Origin: Candidatus Parcubacteria bacterium
GTDB taxonomy: Bacteria; Patescibacteriota; Patescibacteriia; Patescibacteriales; UBA12075
Assembly (NCBI GenBank): GCA_023142915.1
Contig: JAGLIO010000028.1
Location: 1 to 54,873, forward strand
DNA length: 54,873 nt
Direction: 5' to 3'
Shown: piece after piece, positions 28,442 through 38,800 of the stretch
Position numbering within the stretch: position 1 is the first letter of the stretch
How the letters are laid out: the number at the start of each line of letters is the position of its first letter
Program-made: the position numbers and the translations under genes
The notes under the pieces: generated by a model
What the model saw: the letters and a program-made list of their open reading frames with translations, nothing else
The model's database searches: none
Told to the model about the DNA's origin: nothing

Positions 28442-29800
28442 ATGTTTTCATTGTTAAAAAAATATAATTTTTTTTTAATATTATTTATATTGTTTTTATT
28501 TAGCACCTTTTTTTGGTGGTATTTTTTTGGCGGGTTTAATCTCGGCAATGACGGCGATCAGTATAACGAGCTGGCATTAAGCATGCTAAATGATGGCAGT
28601 TTTAGCATTAATGGAGAAATATCCATGATGAGGGAGCCTGGTTACCCATTTTTTATTTATTTAATATATCAACTTTTCGGGGTTAGCATATTTATAGTTT
28701 GCGTTTTTCAAGCCTTTATTCATTTCGCGATAGTCTTATTGACTTATTATTTGACAGACAAAATATTTAATAAAAAAATAGCAAGAATTTCTTCTATTTT
28801 AGTAATTTTGTTTCCAAATTTGTATATATTATCAAGTACCCTGCTATCAGAAGTTTTCGCGTGCTTTCTGGTAATGATGTTTTTTTTATTTTATTATTTA
28901 GCTCAACGCAAGAATGCTAATATTTTTTTTGCGCTAGCCAGTTTATTTTTAGGCGGATTAGTATTGGTAAAATCAATGTTTGCTTTGTTTGTAATTTTTG
29001 TAGTAATAATAATATTTTTAAATGAAAAATCAGTTGTTAAAAAATTTGGTTATAAAAAGCCGTTATTAATGTTTTTATTTTTCGCGCTGGTTGTATTTCC
29101 ATGGATTGCGAGAAGCTATACGCATTTTAACGAGGTATCCATTGCGTCGCGCGGCGGAAATATGATTTATACCAGAGCCTTGAAAAATTTGTATAGTTTT
29201 GATGAAAGTTTAAAATATACGATTTCAGTTTTAAGCGGAGAATATATAGTTCGCCGTTATATTGACAACAATTATATTTTTGAGGAAAGTTGGGCTGACA
29301 GCAGCGGGCTAAATGCTTTTACTGATAATATAAATAATAGTGAAGATAAAAATAACTATGATAAATTGGATATATTAATGAGGCAAGAATCAAAAAGATT
29401 GATATTGGAACACCCTTTTAAATATTTATATTATGGAATAGTTGAGATAAGCAATTTGAACAGCCCAATGATCTATCAAGAAAAGCATTTTAGCATATTT
29501 CATGATAATATTTATAGTAATACATTTGTTAAAGTTTTGTGTATATTAATTATGAGATTAATTTGGTTAATATTCTTAAGTATGGCAATATATGGTATAA
29601 TCAATATTGTTGTAAAACGAAAAAAAAATGCCTATATATTCGTATTAATGATATTTTATGTTAACGGAATATTGTTCTTTTTACAGGGTAATCCCAGATT
29701 TCTTATTCCTATTTTTCCAATTTATTTAATTTTAGCTTCGTTTGGTTTTTGTAAAATAATAAATAAATGTCATATAAAATTATTAAAAAAGATTTGTTAA
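28442..29800 (+). CDS. GT-C fold membrane glycosyltransferase (ArnT/PMT_2-like)
   Basis: GNDGDQYNELALSM, REPGYPFFIY, multiple TM segments. Confidence 0.7.
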   Translation: MFSLLKKYNFFLILFILFLFSTFFWWYFFGGFNLGNDGDQYNELALSMLNDGSFSINGEISMMREPGYPFFIYLIYQLFGVSIFIVCVFQAFIHFAIVLLTYYLTDKIFNKKIARISSILVILFPNLYILSSTLLSEVFACFLVMMFFLFYYLAQRKNANIFFALASLFLGGLVLVKSMFALFVIFVVIIIFLNEKSVVKKFGYKKPLLMFLFFALVVFPWIARSYTHFNEVSIASRGGNMIYTRALKNLYSFDESLKYTISVLSGEYIVRRYIDNNYIFEESWADSSGLNAFTDNINNSEDKNNYDKLDILMRQESKRLILEHPFKYLYYGIVEISNLNSPMIYQEKHFSIFHDNIYSNTFVKVLCILIMRLIWLIFLSMAIYGIINIVVKRKKNAYIFVLMIFYVNGILFFLQGNPRFLIPIFPIYLILASFGFCKIINKCHIKLLKKIC

Positions 29801-30864
29801 TAATCGGAAGCTATAGCAAGGGCTATCAGCGAAATAAAGTAATGCTTAATGCTTTTAACGGCTTATTTAACATTTCTGAAATAAACATTATAAAAGGCGG
29901 AGTTAAGAAATATTTATTTTTTTTAAAAGAAGTATTTTTAAATTGTAAGAATAAAGATTATATTTTTTTAATGAACGAGCTTTCCTATCGGCCGGTATTT
30001 TTTTTGTTTTTTGTAAAATTTTTTTTTAGAAAAAAAATTATTTTTGATTGTTTTGTTTCAATTTATGATACTTATATATATGATCGCAAGTTAGTAAAAA
30101 AGTATTCTTTTAAAAGTTTGTACTATTATTTGTCTGATTATTTTGCCTGCCAGTTAGCTGATATTATAATTTTTGACACTTTTGAGCATAAAAAATATTT
30201 TGTTAAATTATTTAAAATTAGAAAAAGCCAAGATAAAATAGTTCTGCCTGTTTCTCTTGATATTGAGCATATTGATAATATTAAGACTGATAATAATTTT
30301 TATGATAATTTAGGAGAAAAAAAATTTAATATATTATTTTACGGTTACTATATACCTTTGCAAGGGGTTAAATATATAGCCGAAGCCGCGAAGATTTTAA
30401 AGAAAAATAGTAATTTAAGATTTATTTTAATAGGCTCTGGCCAGCAGAAAAAAGAAATTGAAGAATTTTGTAAAAAATTTAATTTAAATAATTTAATTTT
30501 TATTTCAAGAATAGATTATAAAGATTTAATCGCGCGAATCAAAGGAGCTGATGCTTGTTTGGGAATTTTTGGAAATACTGATAAAGCCAAGCGAGTGATA
30601 CCGAATAAAGTTCTTGACTGCATGGCTTGCAATAAAATAGTAATTACCGGACGTAATAAGGAAATGGAAAGATATTTTAAAGACAAACAAGATATAGTTT
30701 TTTGCAATATGGCGGATTCAAAGGATTTGGCTAAAAAAGTTGAGTTTGTGTATAATAACTATAAAGATTTAAAATATATTGAAAAAAATGCTGTTGAGAA
30801 AATAAAGAAAAATTTTAGCAAGGAGAGTTTGGGATATTTGATCAAAGAAAGTATTAAAATTTGA
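29767..30864 (+). CDS. GT-B fold glycosyltransferase (GT4-like)
   Basis: LRFILIGSGQQKKEIEEF and RVIPNKVLDCMACNKIVITG (C-terminal GT-B motif with E->D). 34-nt overlap with the upstream gene. Confidence 0.6.
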   Translation: MSYKIIKKDLLIIGSYSKGYQRNKVMLNAFNGLFNISEINIIKGGVKKYLFFLKEVFLNCKNKDYIFLMNELSYRPVFFLFFVKFFFRKKIIFDCFVSIYDTYIYDRKLVKKYSFKSLYYYLSDYFACQLADIIIFDTFEHKKYFVKLFKIRKSQDKIVLPVSLDIEHIDNIKTDNNFYDNLGEKKFNILFYGYYIPLQGVKYIAEAAKILKKNSNLRFILIGSGQQKKEIEEFCKKFNLNNLIFISRIDYKDLIARIKGADACLGIFGNTDKAKRVIPNKVLDCMACNKIVITGRNKEMERYFKDKQDIVFCNMADSKDLAKKVEFVYNNYKDLKYIEKNAVEKIKKNFSKESLGYLIKESIKI

Positions 30865-30914
30865 AATTATCGCGCGAAAATATGAATTTTTATAATAAAG
30901 TAACAAAATAAAAT

Positions 30915-31850
30915 ATGGCGAAAATACTAATTACAGGAGGCGCGGGTTTCATTGGTTCTCGTTTATCAAAAAAATTATTAAACGAAGGGCATGAGATTTT
31001 GTGCGTTGATAATTTTTACACAGGTCAAAAGAAAAATATTATTGAATTAATGGATGATAAGAAATTTGAATTAATACGGCACGATATAACTTTTCCTCTT
31101 TATATTGAGGTGGATCAAATATATAATTTAGCTTGTCCGGCTTCCCCGATTCATTATCAATTTGATCCAGTGCAAACCACAAAGGTTTCTGTTCATGGCG
31201 CGATAAATATGCTGGGTTTGGCAAAAAGGACAAAAGCTAAAATTTTGCAAGCCTCAACTTCAGAAGTCTATGGAGATCCGGAACAGCATCCTCAATCTGA
31301 AAGTTATTGGGGCAGAGTCAATCCGATTGGTCCGCGTTCGTGCTATGATGAAGGCAAGAGATGCGCGGAAACATTATTTTTTGATTATCGCCGCCAGCAC
31401 AATCTTGATATTAAAGTAGTAAGAATTTTTAATACTTATGGGCCAAATATGTGCAAAGATGATGGCCGCGTAGTGTCAAATTTTATTGTGCAGGCTTTAA
31501 GGGGTGAGGACATTACTATTTATGGCGACGGTTCTCAAACGCGTTCGTTTCAGTATATTGACGATCTAATAAATGGAATGATAAAAATGATGAATACCAA
31601 AAAAGATTTAACGGGGCCAATTAATTTGGGAAATCCAGATGAATTTACCATTAAAGTGCTGGCGGAAACCATTTTAAAATTAATACCTGATTCTAAAAGC
31701 AGTATAGTATATAAAAAATTGCCGATAGACGATCCTCAAAAGCGTAAGCCGGATATTAGTCTGGCAAAAGAGAAGCTTGGTTGGCAGCCGAAAATAAAGC
31801 TAGAAGATGGATTAATTAGAACAATTAATTATTTTAGAGAACAAATTTAA
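30915..31850 (+). CDS. uxs: UDP-glucuronate decarboxylase (UDP-xylose synthase family SDR)
   Basis: [34 protein letters not shown] and [28 protein letters not shown]. Confidence 0.9.
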   Translation: MAKILITGGAGFIGSRLSKKLLNEGHEILCVDNFYTGQKKNIIELMDDKKFELIRHDITFPLYIEVDQIYNLACPASPIHYQFDPVQTTKVSVHGAINMLGLAKRTKAKILQASTSEVYGDPEQHPQSESYWGRVNPIGPRSCYDEGKRCAETLFFDYRRQHNLDIKVVRIFNTYGPNMCKDDGRVVSNFIVQALRGEDITIYGDGSQTRSFQYIDDLINGMIKMMNTKKDLTGPINLGNPDEFTIKVLAETILKLIPDSKSSIVYKKLPIDDPQKRKPDISLAKEKLGWQPKIKLEDGLIRTINYFREQI

Positions 31851-31898
31851 ATTTAATGGAAGTAGAAAATTTTTATAATTTATTTAGTGATAAAAATA

Positions 31899-32918
31899 AT
31901 GAAAATAACAATTATAATCCCGCGTTTAAAAATTTCAGGCGGCGTAATAATTTTAGCGATTTATGCCCACTATTTGTTTTTATTGGGGCATGAAGTAAAA
32001 ATAATAATGAATAATCCGGTTGCTTGGCGGCGGTTTTTGGCAAATTTATTAAAATACAAACCGAATTGGATGAGCGATTTTAAATTAAAAATAATTAGAA
32101 CTCCAGAAATTAATGAAAAATATTTTTCAGAAGCTGATATTTTAATGATATCAACGTATAGGCATGCTAATTTAATTAAAAATTTTTCAAATAAATTTGG
32201 GAAAAAAGTTTATTTAATCCAGCATGATGAAAGATTGTACCATGGCAAATCCGATGAGGTAGCCGAGGCATATAAATTGCCTTTTAAATTTATCGCAGTG
32301 TCAACTTGGGTAAAAGAAAGATTGAAAAAAGATTTTAATCAGGACACCGAATTATTATTAAATACTTTGGATAAAAATATTTTTTATCCGCGAGAAATAA
32401 AAAGGAGTGATCGCGATATTAGAATTTTAATGCTCCATCATACGTATGAGTGGAAAGGCGCCAAAGAAGGCATGGAAATTATAAATGATTTAAAGAAAAA
32501 GCATAATAATATAAAATTAATTATGTATGGCGCACGCCAAGAAAACGTTGAATGCGATGAATATTATTATAAACCTTTTGGCAAAGAAACCGCGGAGTTA
32601 TTTTCCGGATGTGATGTTTTTCTTTGCCCGTCATGGGACGAAGGTTTTGGCTTGCCGTCTTTAGAAGCTATGGCTTGCGGATGCGCTTTGGCAACTTACG
32701 ATAACGGCGGTTCGCGCGATTTTGCGTTTCACAATAAGACCGCTTTAGTCGCTGAGAGGCGGAATAAAAAAGACTTGAAAGAAAAATTAGAATTATTAAT
32801 TAAAAATAGCGGTTTAAGAAAGCAGATTGCGAAAAACGGCTGCCAGTTTGTTAAAGAAATGCCAACATGGAAAGAGCAAGCTAAAAAAATGGAATTAATT
32901 TTGCAAAAATTATTATAA
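31899..32918 (+). CDS. glycosyltransferase family 4 (GT-B)
   Basis: EGFGLPSLEAMACGCALATYDNGG. Start at ATG 31899 (track: GTG 31887). Confidence 0.8.
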   Translation: MKITIIIPRLKISGGVIILAIYAHYLFLLGHEVKIIMNNPVAWRRFLANLLKYKPNWMSDFKLKIIRTPEINEKYFSEADILMISTYRHANLIKNFSNKFGKKVYLIQHDERLYHGKSDEVAEAYKLPFKFIAVSTWVKERLKKDFNQDTELLLNTLDKNIFYPREIKRSDRDIRILMLHHTYEWKGAKEGMEIINDLKKKHNNIKLIMYGARQENVECDEYYYKPFGKETAELFSGCDVFLCPSWDEGFGLPSLEAMACGCALATYDNGGSRDFAFHNKTALVAERRNKKDLKEKLELLIKNSGLRKQIAKNGCQFVKEMPTWKEQAKKMELILQKLL

Positions 32919-32927
32919 ATTTTTTAT

Positions 32928-33788
32928 ATGAAGCCAAAAGTCAGTATTATAATACCAACATGTAATCGCCCGAATTTAATTAAACGAGCCATTAATTCTG
33001 TTTTAAAGCAAACTTTTCAAGATTTTGAAATTATTATTGTTGACGATGGTTTTAAAGAAAGAGCCGAAAAGGTTGTTAAAAATATTAAAGATGAACGGAT
33101 AAAATATATTCAGCATGAAGTTAATAAGGGCGGCGGGGCGGCTCGGAACACGGGAATTAAAGCAACGCAAGGCGAGTATATTGCTTTTTTGGATGATGAT
33201 GACGAGTGGGTGCTAGAGAAGCTTGGGTTACAGATGTCTGCGTTGGAAAATACCACGGACGATGTTGGTTTTTGTTTTACGGCTGTTGAAAATATTTATG
33301 ATGAAAGAACGGAAAGATCGCATATTCCGGAAGGAAAAGATGATTATCACAATCTTGCTCTTTCAAGTTTTAAAAAATTTTTGACTGTTACACTAGTAAT
33401 TAAAAAAAATGTTTTTGATGAAATTGGTTTTTTTGATGAAAATTTACCTAGCCATCAAGAGGCCGAGCTAATGATAAGGGTAACTAAAAAATTTTTGGGT
33501 GTTGGTATTAATCAGCCATTAGTAAGGGTAAACATGAAAAGCGAGCATAGTCAAGTTGGTAAAAATTATGCAAGAAAAATTAATGGAGCGGAGTTGTTGA
33601 TTAAAAAACATTTTGATAAGTACAAAGATAAGTCGGAAAAACTAGCTAAACATTATTTTCAATTAGGGATTTATTGTAGAGATAATAAAGAGATAAAAAA
33701 AGCAAGAAGATATTTTTTAAAGGCATGGAAATTGAATTATAAAGAAATAAGATATTTGTTTCATTTTTTTGTTAATATTGTTAAGTAA
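32928..33788 (+). CDS. glycosyltransferase family 2
   Basis: VSIIIPTCNRPNLIKRAINSVLKQTFQDFEIIIVDDG and IAFLDDDDEW. Confidence 0.85.
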   Translation: MKPKVSIIIPTCNRPNLIKRAINSVLKQTFQDFEIIIVDDGFKERAEKVVKNIKDERIKYIQHEVNKGGGAARNTGIKATQGEYIAFLDDDDEWVLEKLGLQMSALENTTDDVGFCFTAVENIYDERTERSHIPEGKDDYHNLALSSFKKFLTVTLVIKKNVFDEIGFFDENLPSHQEAELMIRVTKKFLGVGINQPLVRVNMKSEHSQVGKNYARKINGAELLIKKHFDKYKDKSEKLAKHYFQLGIYCRDNKEIKKARRYFLKAWKLNYKEIRYLFHFFVNIVK

Positions 33789-33807
33789 TAAAATTAAAAT
33801 TATTTTA

Positions 33808-34542
33808 ATGAATATAAATAAAAATTTGAAAATTGATAACAGTGAAAGATGCTATCTTGATTATTCTAAGAAAAGAATAGTGAATGACCATATTGAAAGA
33901 TATATGTTCGCGCAAAAATACGTTAAAGATAAAATTGTTTTGGATATAGCCTGCGGGGAGGGTTATGGAAGTGAAATGATTAAAAACGGAGGAGCAAAAC
34001 AAGTTTACGGCTCTGATAATGATTCTAAAATAATAGAGCATGCGAGCAGTAAATATTCAGATATTAATTTTGAGGCGACGGATGCGGCAAAAACGTCTTA
34101 CGCGAATAATATTTTTGATTTAATTATTTCTTTTGAAACTTGGCACCATTTGGATAATTATAGCGTTTTTATACCGGAAATGCATAGAATATTAAAATTA
34201 GGCGGAAAATTAATAATTTCCGTTCCTAATGAAAAAATAATATACCTAAATCCTTTTTTCCATGGTTATTTAACTAAATATTATCGAGTGAATTTTAATG
34301 TCAAAAAAATTAAAAAAATGATTAATGGTTTTTTTGAAGTAGAAGAAATATATGGGCAAAGATTTGTTAAAAAAGCCTATATAAACTTTTTTTCTAAATT
34401 AATTTTATCGGTTTTAAGTTTAGTAAATAAAAATTTAAAAGAAAGAATAAGCATTGCGTTTAAACTTGCTGATGGCGCTAAAGTAAAAAGGATGAAAAAC
34501 GATAACGCCAGGTATATTATTTTTGTTTGTAAAAAAATTTAA
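33808..34542 (+). CDS. class I SAM-dependent methyltransferase
   Basis: VLDIACGEGYGS and LKLGGKLIISVPN. Start at ATG 33808. Confidence 0.75.
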   Translation: MNINKNLKIDNSERCYLDYSKKRIVNDHIERYMFAQKYVKDKIVLDIACGEGYGSEMIKNGGAKQVYGSDNDSKIIEHASSKYSDINFEATDAAKTSYANNIFDLIISFETWHHLDNYSVFIPEMHRILKLGGKLIISVPNEKIIYLNPFFHGYLTKYYRVNFNVKKIKKMINGFFEVEEIYGQRFVKKAYINFFSKLILSVLSLVNKNLKERISIAFKLADGAKVKRMKNDNARYIIFVCKKI

Positions 34543-34551
34543 TAAATAAAA

Positions 34552-35799
34552 ATGAACAAAATCAAAAAAAATAAAATAGCTTTTTTTATCGGAGCTTTTC
34601 CGGCAATTTCGGAATCTTGGTTTATTGAACAGTTAGCTGGCTTGATTGATATGGGCGCGAAAATTGATATTTTTTCATTTAAAAAAGGGGGCAAAGGCAA
34701 TATTTCCGAGAAAGTGCAAAAATATGATTTAATTAACAAAACAACATATCTTGAATATCCAAATTCGTGGTTCAAAAGAATATCGATTGGTTTATATTTT
34801 TTCTTAAAGATAATTTTATTAAAACCTTCGGTTATTTTTAATTATTATATATATACTCGCTCCAACAAACAAAAATTTACTTTAAAATATTTATTTTGGA
34901 TTGGACCGATAGTTAATAAAATTAATAATTATTATTTAATCCATTGTCATTTTGGCATGATTGGAAATAGATTTTTGATTATCAGGAAAATATTAAAACT
35001 TAAACAAAAAATTGTCGTTACTTTTTATGGGCAAGATTCAAGCAAGTATATTCAGCAAAAGGGTTTAAGAGTTTATGATAATTTAAAAAGAGAAAGCAGT
35101 TATTTTTTGTTGATGACACAGGAGATGAAGGAAAGATTTGTCAAACTTGAATTTCCTGTTGAAAAATTATTAGTTCATTATACAGGAGTTAATATGGATA
35201 ATTATATTTTTAATTTTAAAACATTTAAGAGGCCTAATGTTTTTAGAATTATCACTGTGGGCAGATTTGTGGAAAAGAAAGGGCTGGAAGACGCGCTTAG
35301 AGCCATTAAAATTGCCGTAAAAGAATATAATAATATTGAATTGAATATTGTCGGAGGAGGAGAAAAAGAGTATAAAGATAAATTAATGAAAATGGTGTCT
35401 GAAATGGGGCTTGAGAAAAATGTAAAATTTTTAGGATTATTACCGCACCAAGAAACAATTAGTTTATTCAGAAAAATGCATGTTATGCTTCAAATGAGCA
35501 AGCGGGCGAAAAACGGGGATACGGACGACCTGCCTTTCGTGATTCTTGAATCACAAGCAAGCGGTTTGCCGGTAATAACAACCAGACATGTAGGCATACC
35601 CGATGGAATTTGTGATAAGAAAACCGGATATATTGTTCGCGAGGGGGATTATAATGAGGCATCTGAAAAAATCATGTATTTAATAAATAATCCCGAGTTA
35701 TTACAAAATTTTAGCTATAGCGCCGCGAAGTTTGTTAAAAATAAGTTTGATTTAAAAAAATTAAATCAAAAACTGATTTTTTTATATAAATCCTTGTAA
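34552..35799 (+). CDS. glycosyltransferase family 4 (GT-B)
   Basis: RIITVGRFVEKKG and FVILESQASGLPVITTRHVGIPD. Confidence 0.8.
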   Translation: MNKIKKNKIAFFIGAFPAISESWFIEQLAGLIDMGAKIDIFSFKKGGKGNISEKVQKYDLINKTTYLEYPNSWFKRISIGLYFFLKIILLKPSVIFNYYIYTRSNKQKFTLKYLFWIGPIVNKINNYYLIHCHFGMIGNRFLIIRKILKLKQKIVVTFYGQDSSKYIQQKGLRVYDNLKRESSYFLLMTQEMKERFVKLEFPVEKLLVHYTGVNMDNYIFNFKTFKRPNVFRIITVGRFVEKKGLEDALRAIKIAVKEYNNIELNIVGGGEKEYKDKLMKMVSEMGLEKNVKFLGLLPHQETISLFRKMHVMLQMSKRAKNGDTDDLPFVILESQASGLPVITTRHVGIPDGICDKKTGYIVREGDYNEASEKIMYLINNPELLQNFSYSAAKFVKNKFDLKKLNQKLIFLYKSL

Positions 35800-35830
35800 T
35801 AAATAATTAATTTTAATAGTTATTACGCAA

Positions 35831-36478
35831 ATGTTTAAATTGCTTATATCCAAAATTAAGATTCTTTGCGATACGCGTTATCTGGTAAAAAAAATAATGA
35901 GATTATTTATAGTTAATCAAGCGGCGATTGGCAATTATGAAACAATCGTTGATATTGGAGCGGGCAAGGCTCCATATAAAAAAATATTTAAATATAAGAA
36001 ATATATAATTTGTGATGTTGAAAATAAGTATAATTTTGAGGATATAGTTATTATTAAGCCAAACGATATATTGCCGTTGAAAGATGATTATGCGGATTTA
36101 GCGCTGTCAACAGAAGTATTAGAACATGTAAAAGATATTGATTTGTTTTTATCCGAAATATACAGGATAATGAAGAGCGGCGGAAAACTGATTATGACTA
36201 CTCCATTTTTGTGGCCGGTTCATGAAGCCCCAAATGATTACCGGCGGTTTACAAATTTTGGCATTAAACATCTGCTAACAAAAAAAGGGTTTAAGAATAT
36301 AAAAATAATTCGCAGTAATGGGTTTTTATTTACTTTATGCCAATTGATAGTAATGAATTTAAAAGCGAGAATTTTTGTTCCAATTGTTATTGTATTTAAT
36401 TTAATCGGAAGAATAATCTATAAAATAGAAAAAAATAAGAATTTGTATTTAATTAATTTTATTACCGCAACAAAATAA
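35831..36478 (+). CDS. class I SAM-dependent methyltransferase (Methyltransf_11-like)
   Basis: VDIGAGKAPYK, LSTEVLEHV and GGKLIMTTP. Confidence 0.7.
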   Translation: MFKLLISKIKILCDTRYLVKKIMRLFIVNQAAIGNYETIVDIGAGKAPYKKIFKYKKYIICDVENKYNFEDIVIIKPNDILPLKDDYADLALSTEVLEHVKDIDLFLSEIYRIMKSGGKLIMTTPFLWPVHEAPNDYRRFTNFGIKHLLTKKGFKNIKIIRSNGFLFTLCQLIVMNLKARIFVPIVIVFNLIGRIIYKIEKNKNLYLINFITATK

Positions 36479-36518
36479 TTTTATTGTATTTTGTTAGAAT
36501 AATTGTTAACATAAATTT

Positions 36519-37559
36519 ATGCATAAATCTATCCGAAAAATCAAACATTTTATTTTTTTATTAAAAAATAAAATGTTTGATTTAATTTTTTATAAAATTG
36601 CGCAAATGTTAAATATTAAGATGTTGCCGCCTCTCCCAAATTGGCTGGTGATTGAACCCAATAATACTTGTAATTTAAATTGCATAACTTGTCCTACCGG
36701 CAACAAAACGCTTGGTCGGCCGCCTCGTTTAATGTCAATTGAAGAATTTAAATCAATAGTAGATCAGGTTTATGGTTATGTGGGCAAAATAGTATTATTT
36801 AATTATGGCGAACCATTTTTAAATAAAGACATTTTTAAAATGATAAAATACGCAACCCGAAAAAAAATTTTAGTAAAGGTAAGCACAAATGGAATGGTTA
36901 CTAATAATAAAGAAATTTGCAAAAAAATTATTGAAAGCGGTTTACAGCGCTTAATAATATGTATTGATGGTCTGGATGATGAAACAATTAACATATCAAG
37001 GCCGGGGGCAAAAATAAAAAATATTTTAGAGAGTTTTGAATATATGCGTAACGCGAAAAGAGAATTAAAATCTAAGCTGCCAAGAGTTGAGATGCAATAT
37101 ATCGTAATGAAGCATAATGAATCCCAAAAAGAAGAAATAAAAAAATTGGCAAAAAAATATAATGTTGATGTTTTTTCGGAAAAAACAATCGGGCTTGATG
37201 TAAGAGAGAAAAATTTTGATAAAATGGCAAAAATGTTATTGCCGGAGAATGAAAGCAGCTCCAGATATTTTAGGGATGAAAATGGCAAGGCAAGATTAAA
37301 AGGGGATGTAATGAACAATTGTGAGATAATAAAAAATTCGTCTGTTATTAATTCCGATGGTTCAGTTGTTCCGTGTTGTTATGATTTGTTTTCAGAACAT
37401 GTGATGGGTAATGTAAATAATGAGAGTTTAAAAAGCATATGGAAAGGCGAAAAGTATAAAAAATTTAGAGTGGCTGTTAAAAGTAATAGAAAATTTATAT
37501 CAATGTGCGGTATTTGCCCGGAGGGGAGAGTAAAAGCTTCGGACAAAAAATGTATTTAA
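36519..37559 (+). CDS. radical SAM / SPASM domain protein
   Basis: EPNNTCNLNCITCPTG, NYGEPFLNKD, and SPASM-type DGSVVPCCYD...CGICPEG. Confidence 0.8.
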   Translation: MHKSIRKIKHFIFLLKNKMFDLIFYKIAQMLNIKMLPPLPNWLVIEPNNTCNLNCITCPTGNKTLGRPPRLMSIEEFKSIVDQVYGYVGKIVLFNYGEPFLNKDIFKMIKYATRKKILVKVSTNGMVTNNKEICKKIIESGLQRLIICIDGLDDETINISRPGAKIKNILESFEYMRNAKRELKSKLPRVEMQYIVMKHNESQKEEIKKLAKKYNVDVFSEKTIGLDVREKNFDKMAKMLLPENESSSRYFRDENGKARLKGDVMNNCEIIKNSSVINSDGSVVPCCYDLFSEHVMGNVNNESLKSIWKGEKYKKFRVAVKSNRKFISMCGICPEGRVKASDKKCI

Positions 37560-37596
37560 TATGTATAATTAATTTTAATATAAATTTGTAAAAGTT

Positions 37597-38754
37597 ATGA
37601 AAACATTTTTTTTTGGCGAACCCAATATAGGCAAGGATGAAATTGATGAAATTTCTAAAGTAATCAAATCAAACTGGATTGGTTATGGGAAAAAAAGCAT
37701 AGAATTTGAAAATAAATTATTAAGATATATCGGAGCCAAGGCCGGCGTTGCTTTGAGTTCTTGTACAGCTGCTCTTCATTTATCGTTGATTTTAAATGGA
37801 GTTAAAGAAGGAGATGAAATAATTACAACTTCTTTTACTTTCGCGGCTACTTCAAATGTGATTGTCCAGATGCGGGCTAAACCGGTTTTTGTTGATATTA
37901 ACAAAAAAACGCTTAATATTGACGAAGATTTGGTAGAGGAAAAAATCAACAAAAAAACAAAAGGAATTATTGTTGTTCATTTTGGCGGCTTGCCGTGTAA
38001 TATGAATAAAATAAATAAAATTGCCAAGAAATATAAGCTGTTTGTTATTGAAGATGCGGCGCATGCTTTTGGCGCTGAAATCAACGCAAAAATGATAGGT
38101 AACTCCAATAATTTAACATGTTTTAGTTTTTATGCAAACAAAAATTTAACTACGATTGAAGGAGGTTTTTTGTGTTGTAATGACATAAAAAAAATTGAGC
38201 GGGCAAAAATTTTACGTTTACACGGATTGGATAATAATGCATGGAAAAGATATAAAGAAAAAAGCAACTTATCTTTTGAGGTGATTGAATTGGGGTATAA
38301 ATACAACATTACTGATATTCAATCCGCATTTGGATTGTCGCAATTAAAAAAATTCAAAACTTCGCTTAAATTAAGACAAAAAAGAGCAACGCTTTATGAT
38401 AATATTTTGTCGGATATTAGAGAAATTGAATTACAGCCTAAGTTTGATTTAAATATAAAGCACGCATTTCATTTATACGCTATCGTGATTAAACCCAATA
38501 AATTTCGCGTTAAGCGCGATGAAATTGTTTATGAATTAAGAAGAAACGGCGTGTTTGCAGTTGTGCATTATAAGCCGTTGCATTTGCATAAATTTTATAA
38601 AGAAAAATTTGGATACAAAAAGGGAGACTTTAAAAATACGGAAATAGTTGGTGATAATATTTTTACTTTACCGTTATTGCCGCAAGTTAGCCTACAAAAT
38701 TCAAAAAAAATTGCCCTTGTCGCGAAAAAAATATTACAAAAATATCAAAAATAA
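37597..38754 (+). CDS. DegT/DnrJ/EryC1/StrS family sugar aminotransferase (PLP-dependent)
   Basis: GDEIITTSFTFAAT, IEDAAHAFGAE and FSFYANKNLTTIEGG (PLP lysine). Confidence 0.9.
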   Translation: MKTFFFGEPNIGKDEIDEISKVIKSNWIGYGKKSIEFENKLLRYIGAKAGVALSSCTAALHLSLILNGVKEGDEIITTSFTFAATSNVIVQMRAKPVFVDINKKTLNIDEDLVEEKINKKTKGIIVVHFGGLPCNMNKINKIAKKYKLFVIEDAAHAFGAEINAKMIGNSNNLTCFSFYANKNLTTIEGGFLCCNDIKKIERAKILRLHGLDNNAWKRYKEKSNLSFEVIELGYKYNITDIQSAFGLSQLKKFKTSLKLRQKRATLYDNILSDIREIELQPKFDLNIKHAFHLYAIVIKPNKFRVKRDEIVYELRRNGVFAVVHYKPLHLHKFYKEKFGYKKGDFKNTEIVGDNIFTLPLLPQVSLQNSKKIALVAKKILQKYQK

Positions 38755-38800
38755 AATTTTATAGTTTTAGCATTTTATAATATTAAGTTAACAATTACCT

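Noticed and set aside
29998-30037. Long homopolymers inside glycan genes (T8 29998-30005, T9 30019-30027, A8 30030-30037; similar T8-T9 runs in the GT-C genes) as phase-variation switches.
   Set aside because: They encode Phe/Lys runs in membrane or basic segments and are expected in such an AT-rich genome. There is no evidence of length heterogeneity from a single sequence.
36803-37318. Long antisense ORFs in the six-frame track (for example 36803-37318, 24428-24859, 12375-12770, 5371-5727, 10254-10643, 26324-26686, 11040-11399).
   Set aside because: All lie opposite motif-supported genes, have low-complexity S/F/L/I-rich translations and lack start context. These are typical shadow ORFs of AT-rich coding sequence.
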